Shown here piece after piece: positions 1 through 12,600 of a stretch of DNA of 64,000 nucleotides; position 1 is the first letter of the stretch; each line of letters starts with the position of its first letter. The stretch covers positions 310,001-374,000 of the forward strand of contig ML992504.1 in assembly GCA_010093995.1 (NCBI GenBank). The letters run 5' to 3'. This DNA is from Elsinoe ampelina (taxonomy: Eukaryota). The notes under the pieces were generated by a model. The model was given only the letters and a program-made list of their open reading frames with translations. It did no database searches and was not told the origin of the DNA. Both the position numbers and the translations under genes were made by a program.

Positions 1-3000
1 TACGACTTAGTACTAGGCTAGATATAGCTCTTTAGTATTAACCTAGACATCGATTAGTAAAGCTAGAGGTAGAGACATTGCCCTACTAGCGTTAATATAA
101 CGCTCCTAATAGTAGAAGAATTTACTAAGGAAATGTTAGAGTAGCTATAGTACTATATAGTTTTCTTAAATATAATCTATAAAGATAATACTTTAACATT
201 ATAGAGTAGGCTCCTAAGCTAGCTCTATAACTTCTTAGATATATTTAATAATAAGAAAGCTATTACTATACCTCCTCTAGCGCTATATAACTACTTAATC
301 GAACTTATCGAAGAGAAGTAACCCCTATAGAGACCTATTTACGCCCTTATAGAGACGGAGCTAAGTGCTCTTAGAGAGTACCTAGCTAAGAATTTAAAGC
401 TAGGCTATATTCGCTACTCTACTAGCTCTATAGAGGCTCCTATCCTCTTTATACCTAAGGCTAATAAGTCGCTACGTCTCTACGTCGACTACTAAGGTCT
501 TAATAACGTCTTAGTAAAGAACTACTACCCTTTACCCCTTATTACTAAGATGCTCGATAGAATCTAGGGGGTAAAGGTATACTTAAAAATAGATCTTAGA
601 GACGTATACTACTATATCTAGATTAAGGGGGGTAACGAATAGAAGATAGCGTTCCGATGTAGATATAGATATTTTAAATACATAGTTATATCTTTTAGCC
701 TCGCGAATGCTTCTACTACCTTCTAGTTATATATTAGCTAATACCTCGATAGCTTAGTTAATTACTACTATATCGTCTATATAGATAATATTCTTATCTA
801 CTCCTAAGATCCGTCGTAGTACTATAGGTACGTTAAAGAAGTTCTAGCGCAACTTAGGAAGTATCTTCTTTTTATAAAGGCTTCTAAGTACGCCTTTAAA
901 GTTAAGAAAGTATAGTTTCTAGAATACGTTCTAGGCCCTAAGAGCGTCTCGATAGAGCTCTAGAAGGTTTAAGCTATCGTAGACTAGCTAGAACCTACTT
1001 CCCTAAAAGAACTCTAGATCTTTCTTAGATTTATAAACTTTTACTAATAGTTTATTAATAGCTATACGGAGATAATAAGACCTATAATATAACTACTTAT
1101 AGAGAGCAAAAATAGAAAACAGGTAGGTCCTTTCTACTTTACTAATAGTGCTAGGTAATTATTCTAATATCTTAAAGACTACTTTATAACTACTCCCCTC
1201 CTATAGTTTTTTAATAAAAGTAAGAACATAAGGATATATACTAACTCCTCTAGATTTACTATCTCTAGGATTACTATATAACTATTTAGTAACGGCGGAG
1301 AGAAGGTAGTCTAATAGTACTCTATTATATACTATTCGTAGAAACTATAGAGAGTAGAGTTAAACTAGCCTACGTATAACTAAGAGCTACTCGCTGTCCT
1401 TAAGGTAGCGCGCTACTAGTAGTAGTATCTCCTCTCTATTTCTTCTACTACTACTATATTTATAGATTATAATAACCTAAAATACTTCTTAATAACTAAG
1501 ACGCTCTTAGCTCGATAGGCCTACGTTAGCGAAGAGCTATTATAATATAATATCTAGATTACCTATAACTTAGAGAAGCTTAATTCTACCAACGGACTAT
1601 TAAGAAGACTAGACCTAGATACTAGAGACAAGTAAGCTAAGGTAGACTTATACCTATAGGTCCTAAGAGACTTATATAAGAGGCCGGAGAGACATCTCCT
1701 CCTTAACGCTATAATAGTAGCTAAGTAGGTTAAGTTAATCTAAGATATATAAGGTAAGATACTAGATATAAACTTAGTAGTTACCGAGGACTCCTCGCCG
1801 AGATAGCATAGCGAGGTAGAGTATACTAGGAGATCTAAAGATACCTAAGAGAGTGTTATAGCCTAAGGCGAGATACTAGATATAGACGCGGAAGCTAAGA
1901 TAGCTCCCTATAAGGGTAGAGATAGTAGGTCTACTCCCCTAGAGGTAAGTAGTTCCTTTTACTATTCCCTATAGATAACTATAGTAGAGAGATTATAGAG
2001 AGATCGTAGAGAACTTACTAGCCCTAGACATCTATATGCGATAGCTACGAAAGAAGACAATACGTGTAAAGAGGCGCTACTAAGGCTACTTAGCCTAGTA
2101 AAGAGGCTATAGCGGCGAGATACTATAGTAGAGACGACGCTAAAGTATCTTAGCGATCCTAAAGAAAGAGAGACTACTAAGAGAGAGAGCTAGAGACAGT
2201 AGGACAATAGTGTCCTACTATTCTAAGATAAAGTCTTTATCCTAGCTATAAAAATACTAACTACGGAGATACTCTATAGGATTTATAATAATCTAATAGT
2301 AGGCTACCTTAGAATAGAAAAGATACTCTTCGCACTAAAGTAGAAGTACTATTAGAAGGGCATAACGATAGACGTTACTAGATATATAAATTACTATAAC
2401 GAGTGCTAAAGAATAAAGGTTCCTTAATATTAGCCCTATAGTAAAATATAGGCTCTAAGATTACCCCCTATTAGAGAAGTACTCTAGCATTAGTTAATAG
2501 ACTTTATTACTAATTTACCTCTAGCAAAGGACTAATAGAGCTCCGTTACTAATTTAATTTTAGTGCTAGTAGATAGAGTGTCTAAATATGTTAGATATAT
2601 TCTAGTAAGAAAAGATATAGAGGCTCGAGAGTTAGTCGACATTATAGAGAGAGAGATTCTTAGTCGCTATAGGTTCCTAAGAAGCTAGATCACCGATAGA
2701 GGTACCCTATTTAAGTCTAAATTTTAGACATTTCTCTACTAGAGATAGAAGGTCTAGAGACGCCTCTTAATAGCGTTCTACTCTTAAACTAATAGCGCTA
2801 TAGAGAGGTAGAACTAGATAATCGAATAGTACCTAAGAGTATTTATTAATTTCTACTAAGATAACTAGCTATACTAGCTATATTAGGCCAAGTTTACCTA
2901 TAATAGCTCCTATAGCACATCGCTAGGGGCAAGCCTACTCTACTACATTTACGGAATAGTCCTATATCTCTCTAACAATATTAAGGCTAACGCCGTAGAG

Positions 3001-3597
3001 AAGGAGGTAGCTCTATAACTACTAGAAGCACTAGTAGTAGAAGTAAGAGTAAAGGCCCTATAAGATATAAGAGAAGAACTTAAGTAGTATAGGCTTAACG
3101 CTATTACGTAGTAGGAGGTATACTATAATAAGAAGCACTAGCTAATAAGGTTTAAGAAAGGCTAAGAAGTTATACTAAGTACTAAGAACCTCTAGTCCCT
3201 CTAGCTAAAGAAGAAGCTAGTAGCGAAGTTTATAGGTCTATTTACTATCGCTAAGATAGTAGGCTACTAAGTATACTAACTTAACCTCCTAGTATATATA
3301 AAATTAATCTACCTTACCTTTTACATATCTCTCTTTAAGGCTTATTAATAAGGTAATAACGTTACTCTACTACTAGTAGAGATTAAGAGAGAAGAAGAAT
3401 ATAAGGTTAAAGAGGTAGTTAATAAGGACCTTATTAGGGGCAAGACTTACTATAAGGTACTCTAGAAAGGCTATTCTAAAGAGGAAGCTAGCTAGGAGCT
3501 AATAGAGTATCTACGGAATACTATTAGTAAAATTAAGAACTTTAAGAAGAAGAGCCTTATTCTAAGTATAATAGCGAAGTAACGCTATATTAAGTAA
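1..3597 (+). mobile_element. RIP-inactivated Ty3/Gypsy (chromovirus) pol: RT, RNase H, integrase, chromodomain; 5' part outside window
   Basis: Manual translation through many TAA/TAG stops: APILFIPK..LRLYVDY*GLN, YPLPLI, KIDLRD, VYIDNILIYS (YxDD, ~775-800), RNase H ELLAV, integrase IDFITNLP and ITDRG (~2500-2700), chromodomain EEYKVKEVV..YKVL*KGY..EAS*E (~3390-3545). Strong TpA excess and CpA/TpG depletion. Confidence 0.95.
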
Positions 3598-6380
3598 GAG
3601 GCTTATAAGGCTCAAAGAGCTTAAACTTATACTATAGAGAAAGAGAGAGGTAAGAGAATAGTATAAGATTAAGATTTAAAAAAGTAAGTCTATGTTATAA
3701 AAAAGTATAACGTTAGCCTAATAATGTATCTCTAACGTAATACTAGCGGATTACGAGAGGTCTATCTTAACTCTATCCTCTAAATCTTTAGGCTTATCTA
3801 GCTCTACTAGCTTAAGGATAAGATCGCTATATAGAGACTCTATTATATCTTCGTTAGACTCCTAAATATAGATAGTAGTATTAAAGGCGCGCTAGGTCGA
3901 AATAAGACTCTTAATAAATAGAGTGTAAGAGACGTTATACTACTATAGGTTAGTATAATAAACCTAGAACGACTCGCCTAATTAGCTAATTACTATTTAG
4001 GCTTAGCGCGTAGCTTATAGACATAAATAGAGCTACCGTAGCTAGTCGTTTCTTAATTACTCTAATTACTAGTAATTAAGGTAAGTAGTACTTATAATTA
4101 CCTCGAGTAATCGTAACAACTACGTAGTATATAGGAATAGTCCTTACCTTCTATAAGTACTATAGTTAACCTCGTCTAGATATCGAACATTAGTATTACT
4201 AAGCTAGACTTAATAATACTTCTAATCGTACATTATTATCTATAAGACATACCTTCTCTAACTCTTACCTTAGTACTATACTACTATAGAAGTAGAATAT
4301 ATCGTTCTCGACTCGACCTAAGACTTACTTACGTAACCTTAGTTTAGACGGTTCGTAATAGTTAGCTATCGTAGTAACGATGTAGAACAAAAACATACGA
4401 AGACACATTTAGTATAGAAGTGTCAATAGAGGTAGTAGTAGAAGAAAGTGCCTACGTCGTTATCGTAAATACGTTAGGACTAGGCCTACTTATAGTTAAG
4501 GTATATAGTAGTCTAGCGGCAAATATAAGGCTTATACTAACGACGGTACACTAGCGTAGTATAGTTAGAAGGGGTCTAGAACTATAGGAACTTAGGCTTA
4601 GGGCTCTTACTATAGTTATAGTTATAGTTACTAGAGAAGTCTCTACTAAATTCGAGACGGTATATCGCCTCTATAATAACGTTAGTAATCTCTAGAGACT
4701 TAAAGGACATAGTATAGCCGGAGTTATTAATCTAATCGATAGGGACATAGTAGGTTATAATACTATAGAATTCTAATATTACAGCGTAAAAGTCGAGTAG
4801 ATAGAGAGAATAAGAAATCTAAGGAGATTAAGAAGAAAAGGGAGAGGAGATAGTATATATATATCGCTTCCTTATTATCTAAACAATAATACTCTCCTTA
4901 ATAATACCTACCTCGATAATAGACCCTTAATAATACAATAATACTCTAGGGGATAATAGGCCCCTAACGAAGGAGCGAGGGCGATCTAAGAGCTATAGCT
5001 CCGCTAGGGGCTATAAAATAAGAGACTTAGGCAAAAAGAAGAAGTAGAAAGTAAAAAACTCTATAAACTCCGAAAGGCAAAATCTATCTCTAATAGCTCT
5101 AAGCTATTATATCGACTAAGGAACCTATACTTATACCTAGAAACCTAAAGACTATACTAGTAACTACCCTAACTCTCTAAATCTCTTAAGCTCTACTAGT
5201 AGTACTACTAGAGGCTAGTATAGTAGCGTAGGTAAGAGCCTTCCTAGTAGGCTAGGCGCTAATAATCCTTACTAATAACTTATTAGTCTTTTAGCTACTA
5301 GTAAGTAAGGTAGCGAAGTTCTTACGAGTTATAGGCGGATTGTTATTAGAGTTAGATTCTTCTCTCTTCCTCTTCTTCTTAGTAGAAATACATTTAGCCT
5401 TAAGAGTAGCAATATATCCTACTATCGTAGCGTAGGCGCTATAAATGCGCTACTTATTAGAGAGTATAGTAGCTAAGTACTTATCTTCGTTATTACGACA
5501 GTAGATATAGATAGCCTCGTAGGTAATTCTAGTAGTATCGAGCTCGGCATTATAGCGCTTAGGAAACTAGGAATGTTAGTATTGCTCTAATATAGAATAG
5601 ACATTGGACCTATAAAGGTATAGCTATTATAGCGGAGCCTATAGAGCTAGTAGGAGGTATAGTTATTCTACTCCTTATAGTAGTAAGGGTCGTTAGTAAA
5701 GTTAGAGTTATCTAACGTTACGTATTTAGTAGAGAGCTTAAGGCAGTTAACGTAAGGACCCCCCTTAATAAGGATAGAGTTAGAGTAACTAGAGGACGAC
5801 GGCGGAGTACCTTTGCACTAGATTTAACTACGGACTTAATTGCTAGAGAAGGCGCTTACTAGAGAAGACATATTAAAAAAAGATTTCTAATAGCAGGGAG
5901 AGAGCGACAAGATATTAGAGATATACTAGAGAGAGTTAGTATAAGGTACAAATTAGAGAGAGAGAAGCTATACTTTAGTAAAAGAGTTTTAGAAGAAAGA
6001 GAAGAAGTATTCTAACGAGGGAGAAGCCTTATATATATATTAGAGCACTCTATTATTCTATTGTCCTATTGTTATAAATAATAGAAGGCTCCTATACTAA
6101 TTATAAGACAGAGGATATAAGAAGAAATAAGGTAGCCTACTAATTGTTATTATAGCTAGCACGATAGTAGCTAGAAGACAAGGGAATAATATTGTTATAT
6201 ATACTAGGTAAGGCAAATTTATATATAAAGTTAAGTAGAGCTATACTTTATATTTCTTACCTAATACTAAGACTCTATATACGGACCTCTATATATAGCG
6301 TAATAACGCTCCGAAGGTAGTCTACTCTTTTTCTACTACTAGAGGGTTTTAACGAGGGACTAGCCTAAGGATAGGCCTAT

Positions 6381-6606
6381 AGAGAAGAAGGCAATTATAA
6401 TAGGAACTATAAACTTATAGCTAGTAGATAGACGTTAGAGATACGTTATTCTAGCTACGATCCTATATAGTATATATAGTAGTAGTTCCTAACCTTCTAT
6501 AGAGAGGTTAGGAATTTGTTGTTATATTTATATAGTATATACTTCTCCTCTATTACTTCTCTATCTTAGAGACATTGTACCTACCCTATCTAGATACTCT
6601 ATTATA
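6381..6606 (+). mobile_element. Polypurine tract and 3' LTR (6396-6606) of the Gypsy element
   Basis: Purine run AGAGAAGAAGG at 6381, then a 211-bp segment bounded by 8-bp inverted termini TATAATAG (6396-6403) and CTATTATA (6599-6606), consistent with RIP-mutated TGTAACAG...CTGTTACA. Internal TATA-like run and hairpin TTCCTAACCT/AGGTTAGGAA (6486-6514). Confidence 0.75.
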
Positions 6607-7790
6607 GGAATAGCTTAAGCTTACTATCGTCGCTATTATCTAGCTAATTGTCTAGCGTGCTTATATAACTTATCGACTAACTAGAAGGATAATAGTACTT
6701 TACTAGCGTTACTAAGGCCTTAGTATAGTAAGCCTTAATACTATCCTTAAAGACTCTAAATATCTATACTAGTATACTTACTACTAGCTCTTCTCTTTTA
6801 AAGTGCTCCTTAAAAGGCTATAGTACTAAGAGAACTTACCTTTAAGGGGTAGCTATCGCTATAAGGCTTACTACTACCTTACTATCTTCCTTAATCTTAT
6901 TAGTACTAATAGCTCTTATCGAGATATAGTAATCTAGATAAGGTATATACTACGGACTATTAGTACTACCTTTTACCGAGTACTAGATAGCTTAGTACCT
7001 CTATATCTCGAGGCTATATAGCCTATCTCTTAGCTAGTCGATTTGCTACTAAAATATTAAACTAATATAAGTTCTAGCCTTTCTTTAAAGGCTATATTAG
7101 AGCGCTAGATAGATCGTATTTACCGGTGTATATTGCTAGTAAGTAATTGCCTTAGAGGAATAGAAAGAGTATACTTATATAGAACGTACTAGTAGTAGTA
7201 GACTTTAATATACATTTTATATATATATTAGCTAGATAGGAGAGGTCTATATACGACTCTAGAGTACTTAGCTCGGCGTATAAGAAGGGCTTTATAATAC
7301 CTAGAGATTGTTACTATCTAGCTAATACTAGATATAGTAATAGAGACAACTTACTAGTGCCTTACTATAGCGTAAGATATTACCTCCGAGAGTAGAGAGC
7401 TACTAGTTATAAACTAGAGAACTCTTAAGAGATCTTTAACCTCTACTATATATAGATAAGAAACGTTATAGAGAGGGCCTTTAGAGTCTTTAAAGGGCGC
7501 TTTAAAATCCTTACTTAGCCTTGCTCCTTTCTAATCCTTATATAGATTAAGCTAGTATATACTCTAGCTACTCTCTATAACTTCTTAATCGATAAGTAAG
7601 GCCTATAGAGGGACGATAAGAGAGTAGCAAAAGTAGTAGCAATTAACGCCTTATATAATCTAGAGGTGCTCGATCTAGATAAGTATAAATCTAAAGTTAA
7701 CTAGAGCTTAATAATAGTAAAGAAGAGAGATAAGATAGTAGAGGAGATATAGAAGAGTTATAGAGCTTATCTAGATAGATAGAAGAGTTA
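6607..7790 (+). mobile_element. RIP-inactivated PIF/Harbinger DDE transposase (DDE_Tnp_4 type), interrupted at the 5' side by the Gypsy LTR
   Basis: Translation PFFKGYIRALDRSYLPV..RNRKS..NVLVVVDFN..FIYILAR*ERSIYDSRV..YYLANTRY..LLVPYYSVRYYL..EIFNLYY..RNVIERAFRVFKGRFKIL matches RIP-altered CIGALDGSH, AGWEGSAHD, YLADAGY and RNVIERAFG motifs. Confidence 0.93.
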
Positions 7791-7899
7791 AAAATTAATT
7801 AAATTTAGTTAGCCTTAAGGAGAGTTTATTTCTTAGTAAATAGTACTATAAAAAACTCCCCTCGAGGCTAACCTCGTTATTATATATACTAACTAATCC

Positions 7900-8880
7900 T
7901 TATAATATCTCGCTTACCTCTCTTAAGCTATAAACTCTTTACTACTTCTACTACCTATTTAACTAGCTAGCCTTACGTAATATTAGAGATTATTAGTTAT
8001 AATACTAGTCTACTACGATACTAACTTAATCCGCGTCTCTTTATCTATAGTATTAAACGTTTTAGCGTAATCTCGAAGGTAGAGAGCAACTTATACTTTC
8101 GCTACTAGAGAAAGGTAGGTAAATTCGGTATAGAGCTTAGAGGTAGTAGTAGTAATAGGAGAAGATTTAGCGCGCTATTTATTTGCTATGTTTATTACTC
8201 TTCTTATACCTCTTAACTCCTCTATTATCTTATTATCTAATAGCCTCCTTCTCTTTCTCGCCTATAATAAGCTTAAAGCTAAGGTTCTAGTTACCGAGGT
8301 TAGTATTAACCTTCTAGATACTAGACTCTCTAGGTTAAAAAGCAGCGGCGGTGCTATAGAGGCTAACAATTCTATAGGCTTAGAGTTACTCTAGAAGATT
8401 AATTTATTAGCCTTAGTATTAAGCTCCTTATCCTCTTCTAGTACTACTACTAGTCGATTAATAAGGTCCTCTACCTTATTAGTAAACTTGCTAGTAGTAG
8501 CGACGCTAGCCTAAAGCTTATTACACTGCCCTTTATATTTAAAGGCTTGCCTTATAAATTTATATACTCTTAAGTACTTCTTAAAATAAGTCTCTATTAC
8601 TAGCTTCTTACTAGAGAGTAATCTAAACTTGTTCTTTAACTAACTACTTAAGCCGAGGAGCGCCTTCTAGTCTATCTACTTGCCCTTTAATCCTAATAAC
8701 TTATTCTTTACTTAGTTAGTCTTTAGTAACTACCTTAGTATTAATACTATACTTACTATAATAGTAGCCTCTCGATAGGCCTTTACCTTCTATCCGGATT
8801 AAGCCTACTAGCCGCTCCCCTTTACCTTTAGCATAGTCTTAAATAGTACTATTATTATCTAATAATTCTATAAGGCATTA
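7900..8880 (-). mobile_element. RIP-inactivated Myb/SANT-like accessory gene of the PIF/Harbinger element (boundaries approximate)
   Basis: Minus-strand translation SG*KVKAY...KNKLLGLKGK*ID*KALLGLSS*...YFKKY..YKF resembles Harbinger Myb/SANT proteins (GWK, KNK..LK..W, SGW). Convergent with the transposase, as expected for this superfamily. Confidence 0.75.
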
Positions 8881-9140
8881 CCTTAGTTAGAAGTAGACTT
8901 AGTAGAAGGAGTTAGCGTTTATAAAGAGTAAGGAGGTATAACAATTAGTGTATAATAAGAGCAAGGAGTATAACTAACACCTCTTTAGATAGAGGTTAGA
9001 TAAAGGCTTAGCGGCAGAAAAGCAATTATAGCTTGTAAACTACCTCTCGAGGTAGTTATACTAAGAGGGTATAATTGCTCGAGCTTTACCGCTAACCTTA
9101 CAAGATTAAGGCATTATAGCGCTAATTATCACTATAATCC

Positions 9141-9241
9141 GATTACACGACAATTACAAAGTATACGCGTTTCGATTACAGCTGTAATCGCTGTAATCTG
9201 TAATCGATTACAGCCGTAATCGCTCAAAAGTATACGCCCTC
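9141..9241. repeat. Probable Harbinger right end: subterminal GATTACA/TGTAATC palindromes and candidate TIR AAAAGTATACGCCCTC
   Basis: Perfect palindromes CGATTACAGCTGTAATCG (9173-9190) and CTGTAATCGATTACAG (9198-9213). AAAGTATACGC occurs twice (9158, 9227). Lies at the AT-rich/GC-normal boundary. Confidence 0.6.
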
Positions 9242-9609
9242 TCAGCTGGCATCCGAAGTCTGAAAGTCCAAGATCAAGAAAATCGACATTTCGTGGCTCA
9301 CTTCCACGCCTCCGACCAATCTTGCTTCCTGAGCCTCTCATTACGGTTTCACCTTGACTTTTTCCTCCATCCTCGCCTGCACGCATTATTTCACGACTCT
9401 CGCTAGCCGCCATTCTACACACTTGACTCTTGGAATACGAGACGTTCAGATTCGCGCGCATCCCACCAGCCCATCCCACACAGCCCACCTCCACCGACCA
9501 CTCCAATTCTTCAGGCCTCTTTTGCAAAAGTCAGCCCCGACAGACACGCTCGCTGATCTCTTTCTCCCTTTCTCCCCATGCTGTCTCGGATCCAAGAACA
9601 GGCCGTGAC

Positions 9610-12600
9610 ATGCTCTGGCCGGCGATGCTAAAGAGGAGGACTACTTCGCATACAAGATGGGGGACGAGTGCTTTACTGGCCTCGACTGTCCTTTTGCAAC
9701 TACTGGTGTCCGGCGCGACGGCTGGATTCATAGCATTTGAGAATTGTCTGAGCTCGTCCATCGTCGACTCGAATCCAAGGCAACTACAGTTTGTTCCGTA
9801 TTACCTCAATGCTCGCTTTGTCGACACCGGGCCGAGCAAGCGACTCAACATTACAATCTACGGCAATGTCACCGGACAGGCTTTTGAGGGTACATATCCT
9901 CCCGCGGACGACCCGCAGTGGTCAAATCCAAACGAGACCTTTGGCAAGATTGTCGACATAAGCCCGACCAACAACAGGTATACGACTCTGTTTGAGCGCT
10001 ATCAGTTTCTCAACTATGACGCCTATGAAGCTCCGCCCAGTCAGTTCTGCATCGCAACGATCAACAGCTCTTGTCCCCTGGGTCCTTCATTCGACGGGAA
10101 CAACTCCGACCCGTTCTCTCTGTCCGCCTTCACTGTTGCACACAGTTTAAATTCTTCCTACTCCTTTGCGACCATCCTGGCCACCATCCGAGTCAGGTCC
10201 GGCGACGAGGGAGCACAAGATCTGGCATGTATCTCAGCGAGCATAACGCCCGACTTGGGCCAGCAGATTGCGGGTCTTCTTAGATATCTGCCTGTGGTGG
10301 TCTTGATATTCGTCGGACTCGCAACAATGGCCGCCGCCATCTTCAGCCCTTGGGGTACATCTGATCCTTTCAAATGGACCACAAATTACGGAAGAGACGA
10401 GGATCTGCTCCGCCTTGTCACCCCTGGCTTCGGCGACTGTCTGCAGTACATACAATTCGTCTTCTTGACTGGCGCCCTCTCCCTCAATTACCCTGGTTTC
10501 TATCAGCCGGCTGTGAGTCAGGTCAGCTGGTCGTCCTTGCAATTCAACGAAAGCTTTGTAACCAAGGGTTCGGGTTCCGCTTCTCTCATCGACGGCTTGT
10601 ATTCAACAAATGCCACTCGAGGTATGACCCGAATGAGCCAACTAGTGGGCATATCTTCCAGAACCGACATCTGGGCATGCATGGCTGTTTGGCTGGCTGT
10701 GCTCATCTTGGTAGCCATCGCCTTCTGTCAATCGGCTTTCCTCCTCCGCTGGATCTATTTCAGGCTGTCCGACACGACCGAGGAAGACTTGCGACAGAAG
10801 AATTGGCCTCTGACTGGAGGTATGCTCGTCCGCGTGGTCTATAACTACTTCCTCTTACCCATTGTGGCCATCTCAATGTTCCAGCTTCTCGTTGCGCCAG
10901 AGTCGCGATTCTACATGGTCATCGCAGCTGTCGTCGTACTCTTCTTCATCATTGTATTGGCTGGATGGATTTTGTACATCATTTACTACACCAAACCTCG
11001 CGCTATTCTCTTTGACGACCTTACCACTTTACTGCTATATGGCTCACTTTACAACACCTACTCGGACGAACGGGCACCCTTTGCACTAATTCCTGTCATT
11101 CTCACATTTGTCCGCGGCGTGGCTATCGGAGCCATCCAAGCTACTGGGATCGCCCAACTCATCACACTCGCCATCTGCGAGGTCGTCTTCATCCTCACAG
11201 TTCACGCTTTCAGGCCCTTCTCTTCACCAACACATATGAATCTCATGCATACAATTTACGCCGCGATCCGGCTTGTAACAATTTTCTTAATGATTGCGTT
11301 TCTCCCATCCCTCGGTGTTCCGGAATCCTCAAAAGGCTGGATCGGCTACATCATTCTCTTCCTCCATGCCATCGTCTTGGTCTTTGGCTTCTTCCTCAAC
11401 TCAATACAGACACTCGTCGAAGTCGGCGCAAGAATGGCTGGCGCTGGCGGCGATTCACAGCACGGCGCTAGGAGAGGTGCGCTGATCTCGTACAGCTGGC
11501 GGCAGCTCAGGAGCCGAAAACCAAACAAGGGCATCCGACCGACTAGTACGACGTCGGATGCTGCAATGTTGTCCAACGATCAGGAGGCGAAGAACTACAA
11601 TCCTAGCCACAGGACTAGAAGTCTTTCGGCTAGCTCAAGAATGCTGCTTGCGAATCAACGGTATAGCGGTAACGATTTGAGCAGCCTGGGAGATATAGCT
11701 TCAAGCCCTGGTTTGGAGACGCCAACAGGCGCCTCACAATTGCCCACTGGCGCAGCTGGTGCTGCAGGTGCTTCGACGGTGCGCAGATTATCGCAGACGC
11801 AGGCTGCTGATCCATACTATCGACCGCCGCGGGCGAGAAGAGCGACGCTTGATCCTGGGACACCAGCGACCAAAAATCGAACCTCGATCAGCGGAGACTG
11901 GGGAACGAGAACTCGTGGTTACGACGACTGGCCCGACGAAGCAGATGACAGGGACAATGACCCTAGAGATGCCAACTCCCCAGCTTTCTTCCGCCATCAA
12001 CGCGGGGGATCAGAAACGGACCTGGGTGAGCAGCAAGGCAATCGGACAGACTATGCTGTTCGCGAAGTTGACTTCTACTATGGAGTCACGCGTGGACCCG
12101 CCTTGTCGAGTCAGCCCACCCGCAAGAGGAAGACTGGACCTGCTGATCCCATGGGACCGGTGTCAAATGCCTCGACCTGGCTGCAACGTCTCATAGGCGG
12201 AGGGAAAAAGGATAAGCAAAAAGGCTTCGAGGTTGTCAGGTCTTCTCGAGCACCGCCGCAGATGCTGAACCCAATCAACACCGACCGCGGCCCCGACGAA
12301 GAGGGCGAAGAGCTTCAGACGAGCCCGCCGACACATTACCCGCCATATCGCGATATGCCCGAGGGCCAAGCTGCTGCAGGTTCTGATCTAGTACCACCTG
12401 AAGGCGTGCCGGCTGTGGGCAAGACAAAGAAACGGATGCCACTCGATGGGCCATGGGATGAATCTACAGACGACGAGAATACTACACCTCGGCCTGGATC
12501 TAGCAAAGCCACGTCAAGTAAAGGTGACAAGGAAAACCCGCCATTTCTGCGACCCATAGCACGGAGTCCAAGTCTCAAGTTCACCTTCCCTGACAATGGC

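Noticed and set aside
8188..8394. 68-aa plus-strand ORF
   Set aside because: Chance frame antisense to the RIP-mutated Myb/SANT gene.
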